DNA from: Candidatus Methylomirabilota bacterium
GTDB lineage: Bacteria > Methylomirabilota > Methylomirabilia > Rokubacteriales > CSP1-6
Reading direction: 5' to 3'
Assembly (NCBI GenBank): GCA_035635755.1
Contig: DASQAK010000052.1
Location: 6,236-70,235, forward strand
Length of the DNA: 64,000 nt
Positions 42,398-50,275 of the stretch are shown here, in pieces. The position numbers and the translations under genes are program-made. The stretch's first letter is position 1, and each line of letters starts with the position of its first letter. The notes below the pieces were generated by a model. It saw only the letters and a list, made by a program, of their open reading frames with translations, did no database searches and was not told where the DNA came from.

Positions 42398-44340
42398 GAT
42401 CCGCTCCGCGCCGCGCTGATCTCCTCGGCCAATGCCAGCACCCGCTCCCCCAGGCGGCCGTCGACGGGATGAACGTAGCGCGCGGAGAAGGCGCGCCCCC
42501 GCTCGATCATGACCGCCCGCTCCGCGGGATTCCAGAGCACGACGCGGAGCGTGTCCGCGAGGGCCGCGGCCTTGCCCAGGTCCACCCGCCGGACCGCGCC
42601 CGCGCTGACATAGGGCGGCATGTACTCGCCCTCGAAGTCCTTGCCGGCCGTCTGCACGGCCACCACCGGGCAGCCCAGGGCCATGGCCTCGAGGCCGGCC
42701 ATGGACGTGACCATGACGGCGGCGTCCGCGGCCCCGAAGAGGCGATGGATGTCGTAGTCCTTGGTCAGGAGGGCCTCCGGCCATCCCCACTCGCCCACCT
42801 GCTCGCGCAGACGCTCGAGATCCTCGTTCGGATGGACCTTGACGATGAAGTCCACGTCGCCCAGCTGACGCGCAGCCGCCACCATGGTCCGGTAGAAGCC
42901 TTCTCTCTCCTGCGCCGAGAAGAGCAGCGAGACGTACTTGGACACGAAGACCACGAGGGGGCGGCCGGGGGCGAGGCTGAAGTCGTGGCGGACCTCCTCG
43001 CGCAGCCGCCCCGTGGGCACCAATCGCGCGGCGTTGGAGCGGGGGTCGCCGACCACCGACACCCGTCCCGCCTCGATGCCGAGCTCCCTGACCAGGCTCT
43101 CCCGGAGATGCTCGCCGATGACGACGAGGCGGTCGCCGATATCGAAGCGGCTGGTCAGATCGCGAGGAAGGACGAGAGTTCCCGAGAAGAGCAACGAGGG
43201 AATGCCATTCGCGCGGGCGACGAAGGCCATGGCCCGCTCGCCGAGGCGCCGGTCACTCGTGACGACGAGGGCGTCCGGACGTGTGGCCCTGACGGCACGG
43301 TACGCGGCTTCCTGGCACAGGAGGGCAGCCAGGAGGCTCGCCTCGGAGCCGGCCAGGAATGGCCGGAGGACAGGCCAGAGCGAGACGCCTCGCCACGACA
43401 CTCGCTCCGCGAGCTCCGGATCGCGCTCGGCACGTCGGAGCGCGCGGCGGAACAGCGGCCGGAACCGTCGGACGAGCCGCGCCGCCGTGGCCTGGGGAAG
43501 ATAGTCCATGAGATAAGCCGTAGGCACACCCGCTGCGCTGAGGTCGCTGACACGGGCCGAGAGCTCCGGGTCCTCGTTCGACTGCGCGACGAGACGGGGC
43601 GACGCGCCGGCCGAGCGCACGGCCTCGATCAGAGGGTCCACGAGCAGATGATGGCGGCTCCGGCACGTCACGAAGAGGATGCGCCGGCCCTCGGCGCGCT
43701 GAGAGACGGGGGCATGCCGCTCCTGACGGAGCAGCTGCTGGAGATTGATCCGATCCTCTCGCGGAAAGAGCGCCGCGTAGGCCCGCGCCGCGAGCTGCGG
43801 CAGGGGCGAGCGCGAGACGCCGCGCACCCCCAGGCCGCGGGCCCGCGCCACGAGGCGGGCCACCTGCTCCGTCATCGAGGCGCCGCTCAGCAGCCGCAGC
43901 TGATCGGGCTTCACCTCGTCGAGCACCCGGTTGATGATACCGAGCCGCTCCACCACCTCGAGCCGGACCCGAAGTCTCTTGCCCACCGTGAGCAGATCAG
44001 GCAGCCAGACGCCGCGGTACGAGAGATCGAGCTCGTCCGACGTCGCCTGCCACCAGCCGGTGACGAGGCGTTGCGTCAGCGATTCGAGCTCTCGCGAGTC
44101 GACGGCGTAGGCTTCCTCGTCGTAGTAGTGCACGGCGACCGTGGGGGGAATGGCCGAGGCGTCCACGAGCTGGCGGGCGCCCAGCACGGTCACCTCATGG
44201 TCCTCGATCAGGCGCTTGACCGCGCGGGTCACGGCCCGCCGGTACCAGTGGGCATAGGCGAGAAAGGATCGACGCACCATGGGCCGGCGAAACTCGCCGA
44301 TGCTCCGGGTCGCCTCGGTGACGAGGAGGAGCCGGATCAC
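42394..44340 (-). CDS. large two-domain GT-B-like transferase with HP motif (TagF/KpsC/sialyltransferase-like); candidate ulosonic-acid or glycerophosphate transferase
   Basis: C-terminal ~649 aa of ORF 42394..45036. 'FIVKVHPNED' HP motif typical of CDP-/CMP-dependent GT-B transferases. N-terminal 230 aa of the ORF rejected as artefact. Confidence 0.45.
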   Translation of the reverse strand: MIRLLLVTEATRSIGEFRRPMVRRSFLAYAHWYRRAVTRAVKRLIEDHEVTVLGARQLVDASAIPPTVAVHYYDEEAYAVDSRELESLTQRLVTGWWQATSDELDLSYRGVWLPDLLTVGKRLRVRLEVVERLGIINRVLDEVKPDQLRLLSGASMTEQVARLVARARGLGVRGVSRSPLPQLAARAYAALFPREDRINLQQLLRQERHAPVSQRAEGRRILFVTCRSRHHLLVDPLIEAVRSAGASPRLVAQSNEDPELSARVSDLSAAGVPTAYLMDYLPQATAARLVRRFRPLFRRALRRAERDPELAERVSWRGVSLWPVLRPFLAGSEASLLAALLCQEAAYRAVRATRPDALVVTSDRRLGERAMAFVARANGIPSLLFSGTLVLPRDLTSRFDIGDRLVVIGEHLRESLVRELGIEAGRVSVVGDPRSNAARLVPTGRLREEVRHDFSLAPGRPLVVFVSKYVSLLFSAQEREGFYRTMVAAARQLGDVDFIVKVHPNEDLERLREQVGEWGWPEALLTKDYDIHRLFGAADAAVMVTSMAGLEAMALGCPVVAVQTAGKDFEGEYMPPYVSAGAVRRVDLGKAAALADTLRVVLWNPAERAVMIERGRAFSARYVHPVDGRLGERVLALAEEISAARSGS

Positions 44341-44960
44341 GGACGGCCTCCGCGGGGACGCGCGGGAACGCCCATCACCGTTTCGCCCGCCGGCACATCC
44401 GAGATCACCACGGCGCCGGCGGCGACTTCGGCTTCCTTCCCCACCGTCAGGTTCGGCAGCACGGTTGCCCGGGCGCCGAGGAAGCCGCCCGCCTCGATGG
44501 TGACGCCGCCGCAGAGGACGACGCCGGGCGAGAGGTAGGCGTGCGCTCCGATGCGGCAGTCGTGCTCGACGATGACTCCGCTGTAGATGACGGCATTGTC
44601 CCCGACCTCGACCGACGCGCCGAGCACGCCGCCCGCGAACACCACGACGCCTTCGCCGAGGTGGCAGGTGCGTGACAGCACGGCGCGCGGGTGCACCAGG
44701 GTGGCGACCACGATACCCGAGGCCTTGAGAAGCTGGAAGAGCGCGGCGCGACGGTCGAGGGCGGCGTTGCCGATGCCGACCACGGCGGCATCCATGGCGC
44801 GGGCCGCCGCCAGCGCGGTCAGGTTCTCGTCCCGGCCCAGAACCGACGGGCCGGGCGAGCGATCGGTGAAGCCGGCGACGGTCCAGCCGCACTCGACCGC
44901 GAGATCGGCTACGGCCCGGCCGTGGCCTCCAGCGCCCAGGATCAAGAGTCGCTTGGCCAC
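44337..44960 (-). CDS. sugar N-acetyltransferase, NeuD/PglD/LegH family (hexapeptide repeat)
   Basis: 207 aa; 'LLILGAGGHGRAV' N-terminal Rossmann-like and C-terminal left-handed beta-helix repeats. Confidence 0.8.
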   Translation of the reverse strand: MAKRLLILGAGGHGRAVADLAVECGWTVAGFTDRSPGPSVLGRDENLTALAAARAMDAAVVGIGNAALDRRAALFQLLKASGIVVATLVHPRAVLSRTCHLGEGVVVFAGGVLGASVEVGDNAVIYSGVIVEHDCRIGAHAYLSPGVVLCGGVTIEAGGFLGARATVLPNLTVGKEAEVAAGAVVISDVPAGETVMGVPARPRGGRP

Positions 44961-44966
44961 GGCTCG

Positions 44967-45692
44967 CTAGCTCCGGCCCGGCGCGAGGGCCGCGCGACCT
45001 TCTCGCAAGAGCAGCTCGGCGAGGAGGAAATCCCACTCCGTGTCGATGTTCACGGAGGCCTCGAAATCCATCACGATGCCGCGGTTGTCCTCACCGAGGA
45101 TGTGCCCGTGGCGCATCAGGGTCTCGTAGCGCGTCACGTACACCGCGCCGGAGGGCTGATAGACGGGCGGCGCGTCCTGGCGACGCACATAGGTGTGCCC
45201 CTCGGGGAAGAGCGCCACCGTGCGGTCCCCGTCGAGCGTCTTCATGAAGTATGGATGATACGAGGCCTCCGAGAGCGTCTGGGCCGAGTCGGCGCCCGTC
45301 TCGGCGACCTTCCGGATCGTCGCGTCGATCTCGGCGCCCCGGCGGAACGGCGAGGTCGGCTGAAGGGTCACGATCACGTCGGGCTTCACGCCCGCCGACG
45401 ACTCGAGCCAGCGCACCGCGTGCTGGAGGACGCCGAGCATCCCCGCCTCGTCGGTGGCGAGCCCCGCCGGCCGCAGGAACGGGACGGGGAGACCCTGACG
45501 CTCGGCCTCGGCGGCGATCTCCTCGCTATCCGTGGAGACGATGAAGCGCGTGAGCAGCGCGGACTCGCGGGCGGAGGCGATGGCCTGCCCCAGGAGCGAG
45601 AGCGCGCCGAGCTTGCGCAGGTTCTTGCCCGGCAGGCCCTTGGAGCCGCCGCGCGCGGGAATGACCCCGAAGGCGTACGGCGTCGCCGTCAT
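44967..45692 (-). CDS. acylneuraminate cytidylyltransferase family (CMP-nonulosonic acid synthetase, NeuA-like)
   Basis: 241 aa; 'FGVIPARGGSKGLPGKNL' signature. Confidence 0.85.
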   Translation of the reverse strand: MTATPYAFGVIPARGGSKGLPGKNLRKLGALSLLGQAIASARESALLTRFIVSTDSEEIAAEAERQGLPVPFLRPAGLATDEAGMLGVLQHAVRWLESSAGVKPDVIVTLQPTSPFRRGAEIDATIRKVAETGADSAQTLSEASYHPYFMKTLDGDRTVALFPEGHTYVRRQDAPPVYQPSGAVYVTRYETLMRHGHILGEDNRGIVMDFEASVNIDTEWDFLLAELLLREGRAALAPGRS

Positions 45693-45695
45693 CCG

Positions 45696-46679
45696 CTAGA
45701 CCCGGACCCAGCGCCGCTCCGCCGAGGCCTTCACGGCGGCGTCGATCACGCGCATGGTCTTGAGCCCGTCCCAGCCGTCGCAGGCGGGGGAGGCCTCGCC
45801 GCGGATGCAGGCCAGGAAGTGGCGGGCCTCCTCGACGTACATGTCGTTGAGCTGGCAGGCGAACGGATAGATCTCCCACCGGTTCGCCCTGGGATCGAAG
45901 ACCCGGATCTCGTTCTCGAATCGCCGCCACTGGATCACGCCCTCTTCGCCCATCAGCTCGAAGTGGCTGTGCACGTTCCAGGCAAAGAGGTTCATATGGA
46001 TGTTGCCCACCGTGCCCGAGGCGAAGCGTACGGTCAGGTCGGCGATGTCGTCGGTGGTGATCTCGAGGCTCGAGACGCGGTCGACCACCGCGCTGACCTC
46101 GGTGATCTCGCCGCAGAGCCACCGCATAAAGTCGATGGCATGGCTCTCGTCGAGCACGCAGCCACCGCCCTGCTTGGCGTCGGCCATGTAGAACGTGCGG
46201 TAGTCCTTGCCGGGATAGCGCGTGGTCAGGTGGTAGGCGTACTCGGTCCGCGCCGCGCGCACGGCCCCGATGCGCCCTTCCTTGAGCAGCTTCTCGGCGA
46301 GCAGCATGGGCGGCCAGTAGCGCCAGTTGTAGGCGGTGAGTACCTTGAGGCCCTTGGCGTCGCAGAGCTTGAGGAGGTCTTCCACGCCGTCCACGGACTG
46401 GGCGAAGGGCTTTTCGACCATGAGGTGCGCGCCGCGCTCGGCGGCCTGGCGGCCCAGGGCGAGGTGCGAGTCGGGCGGAGTGCAGATCACGGCGCCGTCG
46501 GCGCCCGCGAGGGCGGCTTCCGCCGTGGGCGCGATGGCCGCCCAGGGAAAATCCTTGGCCGCGGCCTCGCGCTGCGCGGGGGCGGCATCGTAGGCGGCGA
46601 GGCTCTCGACGCCGACCGTCCGGAAATTTCCGAGATGCCGGCGGCCGATCGAGCCCAGTCCGAGGACGGCGAGCTTCAT
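45696..46679 (-). CDS. Gfo/Idh/MocA-family oxidoreductase
   Basis: From 'MKLAVLGLGSIGRRH'; 'EKPFA'. ATGA overlap with upstream stop. Confidence 0.8.
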   Translation of the reverse strand: MKLAVLGLGSIGRRHLGNFRTVGVESLAAYDAAPAQREAAAKDFPWAAIAPTAEAALAGADGAVICTPPDSHLALGRQAAERGAHLMVEKPFAQSVDGVEDLLKLCDAKGLKVLTAYNWRYWPPMLLAEKLLKEGRIGAVRAARTEYAYHLTTRYPGKDYRTFYMADAKQGGGCVLDESHAIDFMRWLCGEITEVSAVVDRVSSLEITTDDIADLTVRFASGTVGNIHMNLFAWNVHSHFELMGEEGVIQWRRFENEIRVFDPRANRWEIYPFACQLNDMYVEEARHFLACIRGEASPACDGWDGLKTMRVIDAAVKASAERRWVRV

Positions 46680-48220
46680 CTCTTGGTCTCCAGGACGAGC
46701 CGCGGGGCGGGGGGGGGCGGCGGGTCCGCGGCGTGCAGGCGGTTCCATTCCTTCTCGTAGCGCTCGATGCGGGCGATGTCCCGCCGGACCATCAGCTCAC
46801 GCAGCCCGTAGAGCTCGACGGCGTTGAACTTCTTGGAGATGACGGCGGTGACCCGCGTGGCATCGCCCAGGTCCAGCAGAAATGCTTCGAGGTCTCCGTC
46901 GTACTGGTCGAGGATGCGCTGCTTGTTCGCGTAGTACCACTCCGTTCCCGGATACGGGGTGGCGAAGAAGGGCTTGACGTTGAGGCCGAGGCGATTCCAG
47001 GCGCGGATGTTGTCCTTGAGGCTGTCGAAGTCCTCGTCGGGGAAGCCCATCATCTGGTTGGGGATGGGCCGGATACCCGCCTCGAGCGTCCACTTGAGCG
47101 AGCGCTCGTTGGTCTCGGGAGTGGCGCCCTTGCCGATGGTTTTCATCACGCGCGCGGAGAAGCTCTCGTAGCCGTAGACGAGATGCGAGCACCCCGCCTG
47201 CTTGATGGCTCTCAACACCTCGGGCGAGCAGAGGGTGGCGTGGCTGGTGCCGCCCCAGTGGACGCCACTGCACTTCTCGGGGTCGTGGGGGACGCCGTCA
47301 CGCACACACTGGGGCTGCAGGCCCTCCTCGATCCAGAGCTTTGCGATATCCGTCAGCCACTTCTTGCCCGAGAACTGGTGCATGGTCATGAGGTTCTCGT
47401 CGAGGAAGCCGATGAAGTCCACCCCGAAGCGCTCGCGAGCGTACTTGACGAGGTTGACGACGTAGCGCGGGCTGTGGAAGCGGATCTTGCGGTCGTAGGT
47501 GAAGGCGACGTCGTTCTCGCCCTCCGCGTTCTCCTGGTGCTGCATGTCGCCCGCGATGCCCAGGTGGAAGCAGAAGCGGCAGATGAGCGAGCAGCCGTAG
47601 CTGGCGTTGATGTCGAGGCGCCGCTGGGCGAGCATGCCCTCCTCGGAGTAGAGCGCCATGCTGTTCTTGAAGTAGACCTCGAGCGGGAAGAGCTCCCAGG
47701 CCGGATAGGGCAGGCTGTCGAGATCCATGAGGAGGGGCTGCTCCGGGTTCAGCCTGGTCTTGCCCGAGGCGTCGCGCCAGATCAGCCCGGGAACGGCCGC
47801 CCAGTCGCGATTCCCCCCGTCCACCCGGCGAAGCAGCTCGGGAAAGGACACGAAGGCCTCGCCCACCACGCCCACGTCTATCCGAGGCAGGAAGCGCATG
47901 ATGTCGTGAGGCATGCTCGTGAGGAAGCCGCCCCCCGCCACCACCAGCGCCTGCGGGCAAAGCTCCCTGGCCATCTCGACGATCTGCTTGATCGAGCGGT
48001 ACGCCGTGGTGATGCCGCCGAGCGCGACCACGTCCCAGTGGTCCGCCTGCAGCACCTGGGCGATGACGGCATCCGAGGGGCGCCAGGCATTGTGGTCGTA
48101 CACCTGCACCTTGTGTCCCTGGCCCACCACGATGGCGGCGAGGAGGGCCATGCCGTAGGGCACATGACGCGGATCGTCCTCCTCGCGCATCAGCGGATTG
48201 ACGAACAGCACTTTAGCCAT
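46676..48220 (-). CDS. B12-binding domain radical SAM protein (class B radical SAM; putative methyltransferase)
   Basis: From 'MAKVLFVNP' (AAGGA RBS). N-terminal cobalamin-binding domain. 'YGCSLICRFCFH' CxxxCxxC radical SAM cluster motif. Confidence 0.8.
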   Translation of the reverse strand: MAKVLFVNPLMREEDDPRHVPYGMALLAAIVVGQGHKVQVYDHNAWRPSDAVIAQVLQADHWDVVALGGITTAYRSIKQIVEMARELCPQALVVAGGGFLTSMPHDIMRFLPRIDVGVVGEAFVSFPELLRRVDGGNRDWAAVPGLIWRDASGKTRLNPEQPLLMDLDSLPYPAWELFPLEVYFKNSMALYSEEGMLAQRRLDINASYGCSLICRFCFHLGIAGDMQHQENAEGENDVAFTYDRKIRFHSPRYVVNLVKYARERFGVDFIGFLDENLMTMHQFSGKKWLTDIAKLWIEEGLQPQCVRDGVPHDPEKCSGVHWGGTSHATLCSPEVLRAIKQAGCSHLVYGYESFSARVMKTIGKGATPETNERSLKWTLEAGIRPIPNQMMGFPDEDFDSLKDNIRAWNRLGLNVKPFFATPYPGTEWYYANKQRILDQYDGDLEAFLLDLGDATRVTAVISKKFNAVELYGLRELMVRRDIARIERYEKEWNRLHAADPPPPPAPRLVLETKR

Positions 48221-49226
48221 GATGGTCCTTCGCGGCGGTCTCGAGGAATGCGTCCAGAGTGGACGTGATGACGCCATCGCCGAAGAGCAGGCCGCCCTCG
48301 GTGCAGTTGAAGGTCTGGCAATCGGCATCGCGGGCCATCTCGAGAAAGACCTCGCGAAACCAATGATAGGTCGGGTCGCTGAACCACACTTCGCGCGTCA
48401 CTGGATTCTCGGTGTGGATGAAGGCCTCGCGGTGCCGGGCCTTCAGGAGGTCGACGAGTTCCCGGAAGTATTGCGTCTTCTCGTACGGCGTGTCCGGAGC
48501 ATATCCCAAATCGATGCCCACGAGTCCGATGCGCCGCTTCCCCAGCACGGCATGCGTGAGCACCCATGCCGAGGTGCCGACGTTGCCGCCGCCATTGAGA
48601 CAGGGCAGGCCGTTCATCTCCCAGAGACGACGCGAATGGCTACCGGGCTTGTCATAGTCGTCGTACATCGGGTTCCACCAGTAGAGTTCCATGCGCGTCT
48701 GCTGGCAACGCCGCACCACCGCTGGCGCCGCGGAGGTCGCCGCGGCCACCTTGATCTTCGGCCCGTACGTATCGACGAGGTCGACCAGCGTGCTGTTGGC
48801 GCCAAGCTCATCCTCGCCATGGACGGAATCCATCTCCTGGCGGCGGAAGTAATCGTCAGCGGGGACCTCTGTCAGCCTCGGGTCGCCGAACCAGCGGACG
48901 ATACGGTCCGGATGCGGGTCCACGCTCACCACAACATGAGGCACGACGCCCGCCCGCAAGCAAGCTCCGAGCGCCCCGTCAGCGGCAACGATGGTGCCGG
49001 GGAAGTTTGAGTCGCGCAGCCGCTCGATGCTTTGGCGTCGCCGAAGGCTTGGCCCAGCGCCCACGACGACGGCGGTATCCCCCGTGCCGAGCTGCGCGTC
49101 ACGAAGCTCGAGAACAGAGCGTCCGATGTATGGCCGATTGTCCTCGGCGTTCTTGAGGCCTTCGCTCGCCACATGCTCGAACGTGGCCGCCTCAAGCTCG
49201 CGGGCGATCTTTCTTCCCAGCTCCAT
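48213..49226 (-). CDS. DUF115 / MptE-like (motility-accessory-factor Maf-like) protein; putative nonulosonic-acid transferase
   Basis: 337 aa; 'TAVVVGAGPSLRR...TIVAADGA...VVVSVDPHP' matches the DUF115 Rossmann-like core. Confidence 0.55.
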   Translation of the reverse strand: MELGRKIARELEAATFEHVASEGLKNAEDNRPYIGRSVLELRDAQLGTGDTAVVVGAGPSLRRRQSIERLRDSNFPGTIVAADGALGACLRAGVVPHVVVSVDPHPDRIVRWFGDPRLTEVPADDYFRRQEMDSVHGEDELGANSTLVDLVDTYGPKIKVAAATSAAPAVVRRCQQTRMELYWWNPMYDDYDKPGSHSRRLWEMNGLPCLNGGGNVGTSAWVLTHAVLGKRRIGLVGIDLGYAPDTPYEKTQYFRELVDLLKARHREAFIHTENPVTREVWFSDPTYHWFREVFLEMARDADCQTFNCTEGGLLFGDGVITSTLDAFLETAAKDHHG

Positions 49227-49563
49227 CCTGACGCCCTTTCGCTGTTCTATCTTCCGTATCCGCTCGGCTCGCTGTCCTGCTGGTCGCCTCGCTTGCGGCT
49301 GCGGCTCCTCCGGCGGGACGCGCTTTCGCTGGTCCGTCTTCCGTATCCGCTCGGCTCGCTGTCCTGCTGGTCGCCTCGCCTGCGGCTGCGGCTCCTCCGG
49401 CGGGCTGCGCCTCGCCCTGCCACATCAAACTCTTCTTGCTCACGAAGCAGATGCTGCCTCCGAGACGCGAGAGGGCCTTCTTCTCGAATTCATCGGTCGA
49501 GTTCGCGGCATCCCCCTTGTCCTCGATCTTCGCGTCAACCTTGTAGTTGCCCTTGAGGAACTC
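49192..49563 (-). CDS. small protein (123 aa) with N-terminal charged domain and 2x 29-aa Ala/Gly/Ser/Thr-rich tandem repeats
   Basis: Perfect RBS AAGGAG 7 nt before ATG. Very high GC3 in the N-terminal half. 'MPEFLKGNYKVDAKIEDKGDAANSTDEFEKK...' then repeats 'PAGGAAAAGEATSRTASRADTED'. 3' end overlaps DUF115 start by 35 nt. Missing from the obvious track reading because it lies inside a longer artefactual ORF. Confidence 0.5.
   Translation of the reverse strand, partial: EFLKGNYKVDAKIEDKGDAANSTDEFEKKALSRLGGSICFVSKKSLMWQGEAQPAGGAAAAGEATSRTASRADTEDGPAKARPAGGAAAASEATSRTASRADTEDRTAKGRQDGAGKKDRPRA
49247..49420. repeat. tandem direct repeat, 2 x 87 nt (~95% identical) inside the small ORF
   Basis: 'ccgtatccgctcggctcgctgtcctgctggtcgcctcgc' recurs with 87-nt period. 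In frame (29 aa). Confidence 0.85.
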
Positions 49564-49571
49564 CGGCATGC

Positions 49572-50240
49572 TCAGCTCCTTTTCGCGATCCGCCCGCCCG
49601 TGCTGTCGCCGTTGCCCGCGGGCGAGGCCAGGCGCCTCAGCGTGAGGAACTTCTCGGGCGGCAGACCCAGGCGAACCAGGCCCGCCACGTGCCGTTCGGG
49701 CCTTTCGAAGGTGGCGACGACGATGCCGTCGACATCGGCCATGGGCAGCTCGGAGACCGGCCGCACAGGCAGGCCCAGGAAATGGCCGCCTCCCTCCCCC
49801 GCGAAGATCCCCACCGGCTCCAGCCCGAATTCCTTGAGGGTGAGGTAGGCCAGCTCGGCCGCCTCCCCGGTTCCGCAGAGCGCGATGCGCTTCATCCCGT
49901 TCCGCCCCAGCTGCCCCATGGCCTCCCGGAGATTGTCGCGGGTCCGCCGGTAGAGCTGCAGTGAATGTCCCATGTACTCGTAGGTCAGGCGGGCCTTCTC
50001 CGTAGCGCCCTTGGCCGTGAGCATGTAGCGGAGGCGCTTGCGGGCGGAGGGCTTGCTGGAGAACTCCCGTATCTTGATGAAGCCCTTCCCGGCCAGCCGC
50101 TTCAGATACAGGTTGGTCAGCCCGAGGGCCACGCCCATTCGCGCGGCGAGGGCGCGCTGGGTCAGGGGCGCCCCCTCCTCGATGGCGGTCAGGATCTCGA
50201 GCTCGCGCTCGATGTGACGCTCGATGGCCATGGCGTTCAA
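49572..50240 (-). CDS. winged-helix transcriptional regulator with C-terminal Rossmann-like (Rex-C-like) domain
   Basis: 222 aa; 'LTQRALAARMGVALGLTNLYLKRL' wHTH; C-terminal 'KRIALCGTGEAAELA...GIVVATFERPE'. Confidence 0.55.
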   Translation of the reverse strand: MNAMAIERHIERELEILTAIEEGAPLTQRALAARMGVALGLTNLYLKRLAGKGFIKIREFSSKPSARKRLRYMLTAKGATEKARLTYEYMGHSLQLYRRTRDNLREAMGQLGRNGMKRIALCGTGEAAELAYLTLKEFGLEPVGIFAGEGGGHFLGLPVRPVSELPMADVDGIVVATFERPERHVAGLVRLGLPPEKFLTLRRLASPAGNGDSTGGRIAKRS

Positions 50241-50251
50241 TATATGAACAC
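50232..50251. promoter_or_regulatory. palindromic operator-like motif GGCGTTCAATATATGAACAC overlapping the regulator start codon
   Basis: Inverted repeat GTTCA-N5-TGAAC. Near-identical copy at 51776-51795 at the flippase start. Confidence 0.5.
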
Positions 50252-50275
50252 AGGCAGCGCGCCCGAGTCAAATTG

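Noticed and set aside
42394-45036. 880-aa ORF (full extent)
   Set aside because: N-terminal ~230 aa are Arg-rich and overlap the NeuD-like acetyltransferase gene in another frame. Real protein starts near 44340.
49247-49420. Possible CRISPR array
   Set aside because: Only two 87-nt direct copies, no spacers of unique sequence, and the repeat is in-frame coding sequence. A tandem duplication, not CRISPR.
49192-50271. 359-aa minus-strand ORF
   Set aside because: Chimeric reading: only its last 123 codons (from the ATG with AAGGAG RBS at 49563) are supported. Upstream part overlaps the regulator gene out of frame.
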